Shown here: piece after piece, positions 1 through 10,800 of the stretch
Numbering within the stretch: the first letter of the stretch is position 1
How the letters are laid out: every line of letters starts with the position of its first letter
NCBI GenBank assembly: GCA_012862495.1
Contig: BLSG01000411.1
Span: 298,411 to 343,781 of the forward strand
Direction: 5' to 3'
DNA from: Thraustochytrium aureum
Lineage: Eukaryota
Length of the DNA: 45,371 bases
Notes under the pieces: generated by a model
Database searches by the model: none
What the model was told of the DNA's origin: nothing
Seen by the model: only the letters and a program-made list of their open reading frames with translations
Program-made: the position numbers and the translations under genes

Positions 1-1640
1 CTCTTTGCACCCGTAGACTTTTTGGACGCGTCGACGCTCCAGCCAGCGTGGTACTCGATCTCTTCGCTGTCCGCGGTGTTGAAGTCGGAGAGCTTCCGTC
101 CGATCTTTGTGATTGCTGGGCTGTGGATGTTTGCTCTCTTGAGCATGCAGTGGTAGTCGACCCGCATGACGTTGTAGGGCACGGGCTTCTCCCCGTCCGC
201 GGGGCCTGGGCGTACGTAAACGGTCCGCTTATACCACGCCGCTCGCGTGCTGATGTCCGGCCACGCGCGGAATCGCCCACCTGGTGTGTGAAAGGAAAAC
301 TGGAACACCTCAAGCCGCGCCCTGTCACCCTGACCGCAAAGGATGACATCCCTGTCCCGGCCTTCAAAGGTTGCCCACTTGTGCGAGCCGCGGATGTTTT
401 TGGCCTTTTGGATCTGCACTCCAACGAGGTAAGGTGTGATGTCCTGTGTTGGGCTGGTCCCAAGGTCGGGACACGGGAAGGCGCTCACGTCCATCAGCTT
501 TTTGTCACGCTCTTGCTCACCACGGATATAAGTGTGCATCTGGCAGCCGAACATGGCCAGGGTGTTGAGGATTCGGTGCGGGTTTGCCAAGAATTTGCAC
601 TCTGCTTTCCACGTTTTGAGGGCGTTCCGGTGGTCGTCAGCAGCCTTTCGCTGGAAAGCCGCCTCCTCCTCTTCGGTGCGCTCCTCGGCACTAGCAGCCT
701 CGCCGCGCTTTTCAAGAAGGAGCTGGTAAGTCTTGACGTCTGGAGCCTCGCGCTCGGTTTGGGCGAGGAGACTGATTTTCATCTGCCGCAGGGACTCTTT
801 GTCAAACTTGTCGAGGTGGCTCTCGAGCGCAGACTCGTCAAAGGCTTTCATTGCCCGCTGGTTCTTCTCCCTCTTGCGTTCCAAGACGTACGCCCTAACC
901 ATCTTGTCTTGCGGGCCTGCCTCGACGGCGCTAAACAAGTGCGGCAGGCAAATCTTTTCCCGCTCGAACATGAACAGAATAGCCGACGTGTACTTTGTCA
1001 GTGTATCTGTGCTCAAATGGGCCAGGTGTTCTGACTGGAGGAAGAGGATCACCCTGGGACTCGTTGTGAAAGGTGGTTCAAAACCCAGTTTGCCTGCAAA
1101 GGAGTCTGGCTGGCGGCCACAGGTATCAAACACCCAGGTAATGTACTTGAGGGCGTACGGCTTGTACTGCGTGCGGAGTCTGCCTGTGTCGTGCCCATCG
1201 TCCAAAATTGTGGCGCACTGCCGCCGGAGGGTCTCTCGAAGCAGGATGTCCCGACCCTCCGCCTCCTCGCCTGAGATTGCCTGCCCCGAATCCTGGAGGT
1301 ATTTTGTGAGCTGAGCAAAGGCGATTTCCTCATCGAACTCGCAAAGACCTGCGAGGTATCCATTGATTGACGCGTCTCGGCTGCTTGAGTTGGCAGTGAC
1401 ACTGTCAAGCTCATCGTCGTCGAGGCAGGCGCTCTCGTTTCCGTCATCGCTGGAGCTGTATTCAACCTCGTCCGCGAGGGCCTCGGCAGTAGATTCAACG
1501 TCGAGGTTCACAGTCTGCTGTCCACGCTCCAAGCTCTTTCCGGAACACACGCTTGCTTCGTCTTCATCACTGTCTTTGGCGGCTCTGACTGCTTTGCGCT
1601 TCTGCGCGGTTACGGTCTTGTTTTTCCGCGTTCGCCCCAT
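1..1640 (-). CDS. Crypton-like tyrosine recombinase (Ndc10 domain II / CryptonF-type YR fold), 3' partial; runs off the window edge
   Basis: Manual translation from ATG 1640 (MGRTRKNKTV...) is open for 546 codons to base 1. Ordered motifs: YIRGEQERDKKLMD (Arg at 522-524), VQIQKAKN, RDRDVILCGQG, WPDISTRAAWY, KPVPY..MLKRANIHSPAITKIGR, EEIEYHAGWS. These match the remembered Crypton/Ndc10-II series RGE..R...L.D / GKTN / RH.D...C / FPDF..R..WY / Y.....agi.s...THxxR / I...G.W. Confidence 0.8.
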   Translation of the reverse strand, partial: MGRTRKNKTVTAQKRKAVRAAKDSDEDEASVCSGKSLERGQQTVNLDVESTAEALADEVEYSSSDDGNESACLDDDELDSVTANSSSRDASINGYLAGLCEFDEEIAFAQLTKYLQDSGQAISGEEAEGRDILLRETLRRQCATILDDGHDTGRLRTQYKPYALKYITWVFDTCGRQPDSFAGKLGFEPPFTTSPRVILFLQSEHLAHLSTDTLTKYTSAILFMFEREKICLPHLFSAVEAGPQDKMVRAYVLERKREKNQRAMKAFDESALESHLDKFDKESLRQMKISLLAQTEREAPDVKTYQLLLEKRGEAASAEERTEEEEAAFQRKAADDHRNALKTWKAECKFLANPHRILNTLAMFGCQMHTYIRGEQERDKKLMDVSAFPCPDLGTSPTQDITPYLVGVQIQKAKNIRGSHKWATFEGRDRDVILCGQGDRARLEVFQFSFHTPGGRFRAWPDISTRAAWYKRTVYVRPGPADGEKPVPYNVMRVDYHCMLKRANIHSPAITKIGRKLSDFNTADSEEIEYHAGWSVDASKKSTGAK

Positions 1641-2191
1641 TTCTGTGGTTTGCTGGCCTGGTTAGCGCCTCGTTCAGCGATCACCGGCGCCCCTTTGTGC
1701 TCTTTGGGTGCCTGCTGCTGTGCTGTTGCCGGCTGCCCTTGTTGTCTTGCGTGCTGTCGCTGAGTTGCGGTTTTGCTCACCGAGTTGATTGAACGTGTCT
1801 GGGTCTAGAGGCTGCCTTTTGCTTTGCTTCTTGGCAAGGCTCCACACCTGCTTAGCACTCTGCGCCACGAGATCCGCGCTGTGAACTCCGCGCTACACGC
1901 TCGTCGCGTTCTGCGCTGCTCGTTCGAAGCGGTGTCGTGCGTCGCCAATTTGAAAATCGCTCACGACTGGCGTTCTCGATCAATCAAACAGCAGAGTCGA
2001 AAAAACCCTCGTAGTTTCCCTAAGGTCTGGCTGCTGTTTCCTCGATATTTCCTCTAATATTTTTCTGATTCTCCTCAATTTTTCACAAATTCCCGTACGA
2101 GTCTACCGCAAGGTGCAGATCCACTCCACCCACATGGAATTCGCCCTGGACCTTCGAGTCACAAGGGGGACCTTCACCTTACGATATGACC
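1..2191 (-). mobile_element. Putative Crypton DNA transposon (5' part); boundary not resolved
   Basis: YR ORF plus about 550 bp upstream, including an AT-richer tract at ~1950-2100, ending at an assembly gap (2192-2437) as repeats often do. No terminal repeat can be verified because the other end is outside the window. Confidence 0.45.
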
Positions 2192-2840
2192 NNNNNNNNN
2201 NNNNNNNNNNNNNNNNNNNNNNNNNNNNNNNNNNNNNNNNNNNNNNNNNNNNNNNNNNNNNNNNNNNNNNNNNNNNNNNNNNNNNNNNNNNNNNNNNNNN
2301 NNNNNNNNNNNNNNNNNNNNNNNNNNNNNNNNNNNNNNNNNNNNNNNNNNNNNNNNNNNNNNNNNNNNNNNNNNNNNNNNNNNNNNNNNNNNNNNNNNNN
2401 NNNNNNNNNNNNNNNNNNNNNNNNNNNNNNNNNNNNNTAATGATTTGAACCACCACCACCAACCCCAGCGGCCTAGCGGCCCTGCCCTTATAGCCCAGAC
2501 GCGACCTGGTGAGCGAAACGAAAACTCGTCTCTCGACGCCGAAGGGCGGGAGGAACATTCCGCGGCGCGAGAAGGGGAGCCGACTCAGGTGGGTCGAAGA
2601 AAAACCTCCGACCTCCGACGAAAGTCCCCTCTCGTCGGCGTTTTCCCTCGTGAGTCGTGAAACTGTCGCATCTCCATTCCTCCAAAGCGAGGCGCTGCAG
2701 CGCATACGAGCGGCAGAGCCAAAGCCCCAGCAGCTCAGCGCGCAGCAGCAGGAGCAGCCGCCGGCGCCACGTTCGCAGGCAGGTCGCGGCAGGCGCGCAG
2801 AGAGCAACCGTGAGTTTGGCTGTCGGCGCAGGTGGAAGCC

Positions 2841-2881
2841 TCGGTCGGTTGGTTGGTCGGCGTCGGTCGGTCGGTCGGTCG
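2841..2881. repeat. Imperfect (GGTC/GGTT)n microsatellite upstream of the DUF1664 gene
   Basis: tcggtcggttggttggtcggcgtcggtcggtcggtcggtcg, read directly. Confidence 0.85.
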
Positions 2882-2945
2882 CTGGCTGTCGCAGCGAGCC
2901 GGGCTGAGCGCCAGGTGCTGACGGCGGCGGGGAAGCGAAGCAAAC

Positions 2946-4032
2946 ATGTCGAACGTTGTGCAGATCAGCCGCGGGGCGCTGATGGCCCTGTCGGCCGGGG
3001 CCGGCTCGCTGTATCTGTACGTGAATGGGCACGTGCCCCCTGGTCTTGTTTCCGGCGATGTGGGCAGGCTCGCGCTTCAACTGGCCGCCGGCAAAGGGGG
3101 CAGCGCGCAGCAGCTGCAGATGCAGCAGCAGCAGCAGGACGTGCCAGAGTACCTGCGGCCGCTTGCAGATCAGCTCGGTGAGCTGTCCTCTGAAGTCGCG
3201 CGGCTCCGCCTGCAAGCCCAGTACGGTGGAAGCGGGTACTACTACAACGGGGAGCCAGGGCTGGGGCGTGAGCTGGACCACGATGGCCACGGCCGGTGGC
3301 GTTGGCGTGCTCTACCTGTACATGCGCGGCTACTCGTTCAACGACTTTATGTACGTCACCAAGGCTGCGTTGGCGGTCGCCGTTGAGACGCTCGAAGCTG
3401 GCATCGACGCCCTCGGGGCGGCCTTGGAGTCCGCCAAGCGCGAGCTGTCGTACAAAATGGGTCTCATCGAAGACAAGATCGACGAGACAAAGGCATCGCT
3501 CGAGGGAAAGATCACGTCGGAGGTCGGCGACGTTAAGCGCGACCTCGGAGTCGTCGGCAACGATGTCAAGGCCATCTCGCGCGCGCAGGACAAGGTCCAC
3601 GGCCTCGTGCAGAGCATCGAGACGCAGATCGACGCCATCGAGAACAAGATGGAGTCGGCCAACGACCAGTTGCACACTGCAAACAGGGGTATCTACCTGC
3701 TCTGCAACGTCGTGGCAGACAGCATGGCTGCAGCAAAGTCCGCCCCAGCACAGCCGCGCCAGGGAGCGACGCTTTACGAGGAGCTCCTCGCCTACACGCG
3801 GAGTGCGGTCTCGAACTTCTCGGCGCCGTCGGGCGCCTCGCCCGCGCCCGCGCCGGCGTCGACGGCTGCCCCGGGACTGCCCTCCGCGCACCACGGGCTT
3901 CAACTTTTGTCCAACACTGCATCGATGAACAACACCTCCTCACGCAGCCTTGTGGAAGACATGTTGGGTCGCTCGCACTCGTTCACTGTTGCGCCTCGGA
4001 GCAACAACAACGGCGCAGGCGATGACCTCTGA
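2946..4032 (+). CDS. DUF1664 family membrane/coiled-coil protein, with an apparent +1 frameshift at GGGG 3249-3252
   Basis: ORF 2946 gives a hydrophobic N-terminus (MSNVVQISRGALMALSAGAGSLYLY). The 3025 frame gives GGVGVLYLYMRGYSFNDFMYVTKAALAVAV...ANRGIYLLCNVV, matching the DUF1664 motifs GY.YMWWKG.SFSDLMYVTK and AN.GI..LC. Removing one G joins them (...YYYNGSQGWG...). Confidence 0.8.
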
Positions 4033-4572
4033 AGGGCGCTTCGTGACTATACATTTGTGCAACCATTTCCATGCTAGCTAGCTAGAGCTAGCCCAGAAGG
4101 GCTTGACCTTTCTGTCCTTTTTTTCAGTTGAGCTTGATGGTCTGCCCCGCGACGCGATGCGCGATGCGATGCGCCAAGCTCATGGTCGCTTCGGGCAGCC
4201 GCGAGGAGTGGCGAGAGGGTGACGAGGGTCTGCGTACGGCGACTGGAACCGACCTTCTCGGCCATCCAGTGAAGCGGTCGGCAAGGCCTCTCGGCGCACG
4301 CGGCGCACCGAACCTTGGCCACGATCCTGCCCCGTGCCTTGCGTAATGCACGTTCTGTTCGCCGTACCGCTATTGAAGAGCTCTGTCGAGGTCGGCGGCT
4401 GGGCTGTTCGGCCAGGGACAAGCCCAACAGTGGATATCCGTTACTGCTGCAACGGTCTGCAGAGCCCTTTTGGTGCGCCCTGCGCCAGGAAAGTCGGCGG
4501 GGGAGGCCCTGCTCTCGACAGAGGCGGCGAGGCTGCCGCTTTGGACAAAGCGCCGCCGAGCTCAGAGCGTGC

Positions 4573-4623
4573 GCCCAGAAGGTCGCGTACGCCCAGAAGG
4601 TCGCGTACGCCCAGAAGGTCGCG
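4573..4623. repeat. 18-bp tandem repeat, about 2.8 copies (GCCCAGAAGGTCGCGTAC)
   Basis: Head-to-tail copies at 4573, 4591 and 4609 with no spacers. Confidence 0.95.
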
Positions 4624-4826
4624 CGCGCCGGCGCTTGCCAAGCGGAGGATCTGGGCACGACACTCTGGCTCGCTCGCGAGCTGTTCCCGCCGTGCGGCGC
4701 GCAGGCAAGTAGCTCTGGCGCTCTCTCGAGCCAGCTACAACAAGTGCAAAGAGACCAGAGGGAGCCGCCTCGCGTCTGCAGCCTGGCTGGCATTCCTGCG
4801 AAAGGGGGCCTTCGCGCTACAAGGCG

Positions 4827-7800
4827 ATGGAAGCCCGCAACGGCAACCCAACACCCGCTCCTATCTCGGCTGGGCCAGCTGCAAACGTCGTATTGGTCGA
4901 CGAAGATGCAGGCTTCAATCGCGTAGTAGCGTACCGCGAAGACCTCACTCGCCATGGCACGAGGATTCCGCGCTTCTCGCACATCTCGTCGTTCCTGCAC
5001 TTTATCGAGTCTTTGACTGCGGGCTCGGCGGATGCGGTCGCCGCGGACGACGTCGAGCTTTTAGTGGAGCTCAGCGAGCTCAGGGGGCTCATTGATCCAA
5101 ACGGTACCGCGTCGGCTGCGCGCGGGTTTCAAGTGCGAGGCGCCCGCCGCGATCACACCAAGTACTTTGTTTTTGTTGGCTTGTCGCAGTTTGCGCACGC
5201 AATTGCGCCAGTGCTGGTCGAGCTCAGTGACAAGACGTTCTATCCGCTTTTGCTTGACGAGGCGTTCAGCAAGGTACTTACGGCTTGGATCCGTGCAAGT
5301 CCTCTACGAATCACCCGCAAGCGCGCCGCTGCCGTGCAGCAGATCTCGCGTTTCCTTAGCGGCCAGAGCGAAACTGCGCCAAGCTGGGCAGCGCCAGCGT
5401 CCCCTCAGCATGCGTCGGCGCCCTACGCCGACGACACCAAATCCCAGCAAGTTCGGGGCATGCACGAGCTCTGGGAACTTGCGCTGGAGCGCGAAAACCA
5501 CGAGGCACTCCCAGATGGCTTGCTTCGCCACCTCTTGGCCATGCTAGAGCGAGCCGAGCGCAACAGCGCACTCCAACAAAACGCCTGCGGCGCGCTTCAA
5601 GCCCTGGCTGGGTCTTCGCAAATCATGAAAAGGCGCGTCGGCGACATGGATGGCGCCAGGTGCAGCCTCGAGTGTCTCCGGCTTGGAATCGGCAACCTGC
5701 TCCAAACCCCAGCGCCGCAGGCAGCGCTGCATCTTTTGCATACCATTGCTCACTATTCAAGCGAAAGCCCAACTCGCGCCCTCGTGCTCAGCGAGGTGCA
5801 ATTCTTCACCGCGTGCGTACAGCCGGTCGCCGCGATCGAGCTTGTCGAGGCCGTTCTGCGGGTTTTCCTTGGGGCATTAAAGTCGACTGTCCTCGCGGTC
5901 TCTGGCGCGACGTCATGTCCACTAGTGGAGGAAGCAGATCGCTGGCGCTCGTTTGCCCCTCCAGCAGTGGCTCCGGCAAGTCGAAGCACGCTCAAGCGAT
6001 CCAGCTTGACAACGCATTGCATCGTCGTGGACAGGACGCAAGTTCCGCATGGTGCACTCGCTGATTTCTTCAAGGACATCGCCGCGCATATGTCACGTCC
6101 GTCACACAGTTTCGCTGCAAAGCTGAACGGAGCCCTTCTCTTCGCAAACCTCGCAGCGGCCGCGGAGGAGCAGCGGGCGGAGTGCTGCCGCGCGACCTGC
6201 CTAGGAAAATTGCATTCTTCTGGCCAAGGAGCTGCGCGGCACCGCGCGAACGGAGCAGACTCGACTGGGGCACTGCGATGCGAGCCGGACCGTGCGCCGC
6301 GGCTGCACCCCCTTCGCGAGGTCATTCTTTCGACCCACGCAGTCCCAACGCACGTCGCAGAGCTCGCGCGGTGGGCCCTTGCGTTTGTTGCGACGAGTCT
6401 GAGAAATAGACCTGCCCCCAGCCCGGTACCAGACGCACTAGCGAATGCGCTCGAACATCTCTTGAGTAAGGGCCCCGAGGAAGGGCTTGGGCGGCGCAGA
6501 TCGTTTTCCCAGCTTCTCGCAACGGAGAACGACGCGGCGTTGTCGCGGGAACCCGCTGGAGCAGCTGCCAGGACTGAGCGCGCCGCTCCGGCAACGCGCG
6601 GCACGCAAACCGCGGGCTACCTGCGGCTGGCGCCAGATCTTGCAGAGACGCTTTCCAGCCAGCTCATGGATTGTGGAGCGTGGCAGGTGCTCGGCCCCCC
6701 TCAACAAATCGCCGCGCAGACTCCAAGCGCGCTCGTGCTGCATCTCCTATTCCACCTCTCGAGTTGCCTCTGCGAGTGGGCAGCGTCCTTTCGCGAGCAG
6801 TGCACAGTCAACGCGAACGTGTTTGTCAGGTATCGCGGAGCAAGCCAACAAGGCCCTAGCATAGGGACGTGCGTGACGGACAGGGAGACAGAGGACGTCT
6901 TCTGCGCGCTGGCGTACACGGCGGGCCTTGTGCAGAAGCGAGCTCTCGACAACTATGTAAAACTCGACCCAAACCATGCCAGGTCGACAGGTCGAGATCA
7001 AATGCTTGCTCTACTTTCAGACATTGAGCTTGCGTGCGTGGAGGGGCTCTCAAACCTATTGGCTGTGCCTCAGTGCGCCGACCGTCTGGTGCGCCGGTTC
7101 GGCCTCGCTCCGACGCCTTCACGCACTCGAGCTGGGAACCGGCATCCGCGGCCGCGTTCCCATCAACAAAGCAGGAGCAGGTCTATCCCCACCGCGCCAG
7201 AGAGCCTGGCGTTTCGATGTGACACAGCCATTCCCAACCGTCGCCCAGCCGCAGAGCTCAAGCGGCTAACAATCTGCATGAACATCCCGCCGCGTGCAAA
7301 AACCACCGACGACCTCGTGTTGAAAAGGTCCGCGGCTGGCACGCCATACGAGCGAGCCCAAGAGCCGGGCCACTCGGCTTCGGCTTCGTGGACCGGCTTG
7401 CCGTTGATGGTGGCGCTCAACATCCACGACTGCAGATCAGCGCATTGCGACGAAGCAGTCGCGACAAGCATTCTCCACCTCCTGACAGCAGGAACGACGG
7501 GTTTCGTTTTCGTTGACGAGACCCTTGGGCTATCCGGGCTTCTTGCCCACTTTTCGCATCGATCGCCGAGATATACTCGCTCACGGGCGTGCCGCGAGGC
7601 GCTGGCTCGCGCTGTGGCCCTAATCGCCTACGGGCCAGTTGGCCTGAACACGCATGCCGACGTGGTGAAAAGGCAAGCTCCGCTCACCGGGACCCATGTT
7701 GAGGACCCAGCACGGCGAGCGCGTCCGAATATGCAGGCTATGGCGACGCCCAAACCTCAGCCGGCAAAGGTGATTTGTGACCTGTTTCAAGCCTTTCAGA

Positions 7801-10800
7801 CGACCGCAACGGCGGCCTACGACTCGTTGATCTTGTCGAGTCGCGGGCAGATCTTGTGCGAACCAGCACTGCTCGAGAGCGAGGCGCCGACTCTAGCCTC
7901 GCTCTCGATGGCGCTCTGGTGCGTAGCGCGTGACAGGGGCAACTGCGCTATCCTCGTTGCGAAGACGCCGCTTTGTCAAGTGTACTCGAGGGTTGTTCTC
8001 CAGTCCCTCCGCGTAGTCCAGGCTCTCCGGCGCGAGGCCGAGGCTGCAACGAGCGCGCGAACGACGAGCCGGCAGGTCATTCTTGGTCCAGGGCCCGTGC
8101 GACCGGGGGTTCGGGCTCGCTCGACGCGCCTGGGCTCGACTTTTTTCGGGCCTGCGACCGGATTTGGCGTCGGCGCCACGGCTGCTGCGGGGACGCTCAA
8201 CTTGGGCTGGTTTCGGACGCGAGCCCCGGCAATCCCTGCAAAGCAGCGAGCACGGATGGAAGGGCAGCAGTTTGACGTGTTGGAAAGTTTGCTGAGTACG
8301 ATGTGGCTCGTCGTCGCGCAGAGGCGATCGCGTGAGCGCCTGTTCGAGCAAGTATTATTCTGCAGAGTGCTCTCGAGAACGTTTCGGATTGTGCAGGTGG
8401 TTCGTGCGCATATCTCTGGGACGGGACCCGTCCCCCAAGACGACAACCTAGGTGCCGCTCCGGCCCCAGAGGACGCTTCATCTCTGGTACAAGCACAAAA
8501 GCAGCGGCTCGTGCTGTTGGCACTGAATCTCGTTTGGAGCGCGATTGACGCAAGCGACGCAGTATTCCTCGGCCTCCTTCGGCCGCCGAACAAGTGGATG
8601 CTCCAGCTCTTGCACAGCTGCTGCTACGACAACGCGCTGGACTCACCGGCTCGCCGACGAAGCAGCGTTCTTCTCTCCTACATAGCCCGTAAGGCAGACA
8701 AGGTCCTGCAGCGGACAAAGGCGGCAGAGCACCGGCGTATGGTGGCAAAAATGGACATGTCTCTCAGGGAAGCGCTCGGCGAGGATGCGCTTCTCTGCAT
8801 GAGCCTCGACCTGCTTGACGAAGACGACGACAATCTGCGCTCGGTCGCGTCGTTGCTGCTGGCACGGACAGAGCTGACCCCAGCCCAGCACGCGGTCGTC
8901 CGGGACCGAGGCCGGATCCCACGCCTCCTCGACCTCTCTACGGACGGCACGGACTACGAGCGGCGCTGCGCGCTTTTGGCGCTTCTGAAGTGCGCCGAGT
9001 CGGGCCAGACGCAGGAGCTCATTGCGCGCCACGGATTGTACCGGCTCCTAACAAGCGCGTGGGTGACGGCCGAGTCGCCGAGTCGCAAGACGCTCCAGGA
9101 TCTCACAAGCACGCTCTTGACGAGGATTGCGAAAAACGCGAAGAATCGCACGCGGATCTACCAGGCAGAGCTTCGAGCCAAGGAGATCGCAGGCTGGTTC
9201 GACATCTCGCAGGAAGATGAGATGGAGTCCGAGGCCAAAGCTGCGGCCGCGCTCGAAGGGGCGACGAGCTTGCTTGAGCAGCGACAAGAGCACCAAGAGG
9301 GCGAGGCGTCTGCGTCCGCGTCTGCGGCGCGGGAAGCACGACAAGTTCGGAGTCGAGAGCAAGATGGGTCGGAATCGGCACTAGCGCCAGAGCTGGATGG
9401 GTCTCCACATCGCCAGCGGAAAAGGGCCTCAGAGACTACGCAGAGTGCCATCGCAAAAGCCGCCCGCGAGGTTGCGGCGTCAACAGCGGCAGGGAACGAG
9501 ATTCCTGGGGGGCTTCCTTCTGAAGTCGTTCGAGCAGCGTACCTCGAATGGGCGCGCCAACTCGAACAGGAACTCTCGGCTGCAGAGTCGGCGGGCGAGC
9601 GATCGGATTCGATGACGCAGAAAGCGGACGACGATGGACGAAACGAGTCTTCGGCCCGTACGGACATGGCCCTCGCCAAAGACGACTTGAAGAAGGCGAC
9701 GCACTTGATGGAGTCCATGACGGGCGTGCCGGGCGGAGGAGAGGCAAATGTGGTCGTACCAAGTCGAGCCCCGACCAAGCAGTTTGGCAATGTCTTGGCT
9801 CCGAACGAGTCGCCCCTTTGGAAGTTTCGGGGGCAGATCTTGCCCCGGCAGAGGCGACTCGGAGGGTTTGGTGCTGGAGACTCTGGAGGCGAGGCCAGAC
9901 GCGGATCGGTGCGGTCAGCCTCTAACGGCGAAGAGCAAGTGCAAGTCTTGCACGAGCTCCAAAAAATGCACCGGGCTGTGGAGATCGACCACGGTAGCTC
10001 GGCGGAGCTCGCGGCAGAGCTTCGGGGGCGAGGTCCGAGCGCGCGGGGAATTGTACCAAATGGAAGCGAGCACAATCGGGGGCCAGGACGCCAGCAGATC
10101 GTGGTGATTCAACCTATAAACCAAGACGAGGACCGCATCTCAGAGCCAGAGACCCCCACGGACTTCCGTGACGGAGGCGGGGAAGAATGGCTGGACGCAT
10201 TCCCAGAGGAAGACGGGGAGGAAGAGCTGGAAAGCATTATGACCGAGCTCGACGGACGGGGAGGCGCCGATGCGGAAGGTTTCTCCCCAAGGAGCGCGCA
10301 ACGGCGGGCCAGCCCCCAAGCTCAGACAGTTGCGAGGGTTTGCGATGCTGCTGAGCAGAAAACCGCCGAGCTGCGCGAAGCTCGCGCCAAGGCCTTGGCG
10401 AAAACGTTCAAGACGGGCTCGCGCGCTCTAGGTGGGGCGCTGCGTGCGCAACCGCCCTCGACAGGGTCAGGCGCCCCTACCGCCTCCTCACCTCGAGCAC
10501 GACTCGCTCTCACTGATCGCAGTGCGACTGGAGTTGGAGCACTGTGCGGTAGCGGCACACAGACGCTTGCTGGCGGGAAGCGCCCAGGCCCGAGCGACGG
10601 CGGGGGGCTCGCCCAAGCCGAGACGGCGGTGGCGCTCAAGCCAGGAGTCGCGGAGAAGCCTAGCCTCGCGATGGTTGGCGACGGCGGCGACCAGAGGCAC
10701 TCGCGATTCTCGCCATTCTCCCAAACTCAAACAAAGCAAGCAAACTCCGCATTCGGACAGCGCATGCGATTGCCAGCAAAGTCGCTTTGGGAGGGCCACG

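Noticed and set aside
48..1314. Plus-strand ORFs 48..1034 and 733..1314
   Set aside because: Antisense shadows of the minus-strand tyrosine recombinase ORF; no recognisable motifs.
1674..1868. 64-aa ORF upstream of the YR gene as a second element gene
   Set aside because: No ATG, low complexity, and no supported splice link to the YR ORF.
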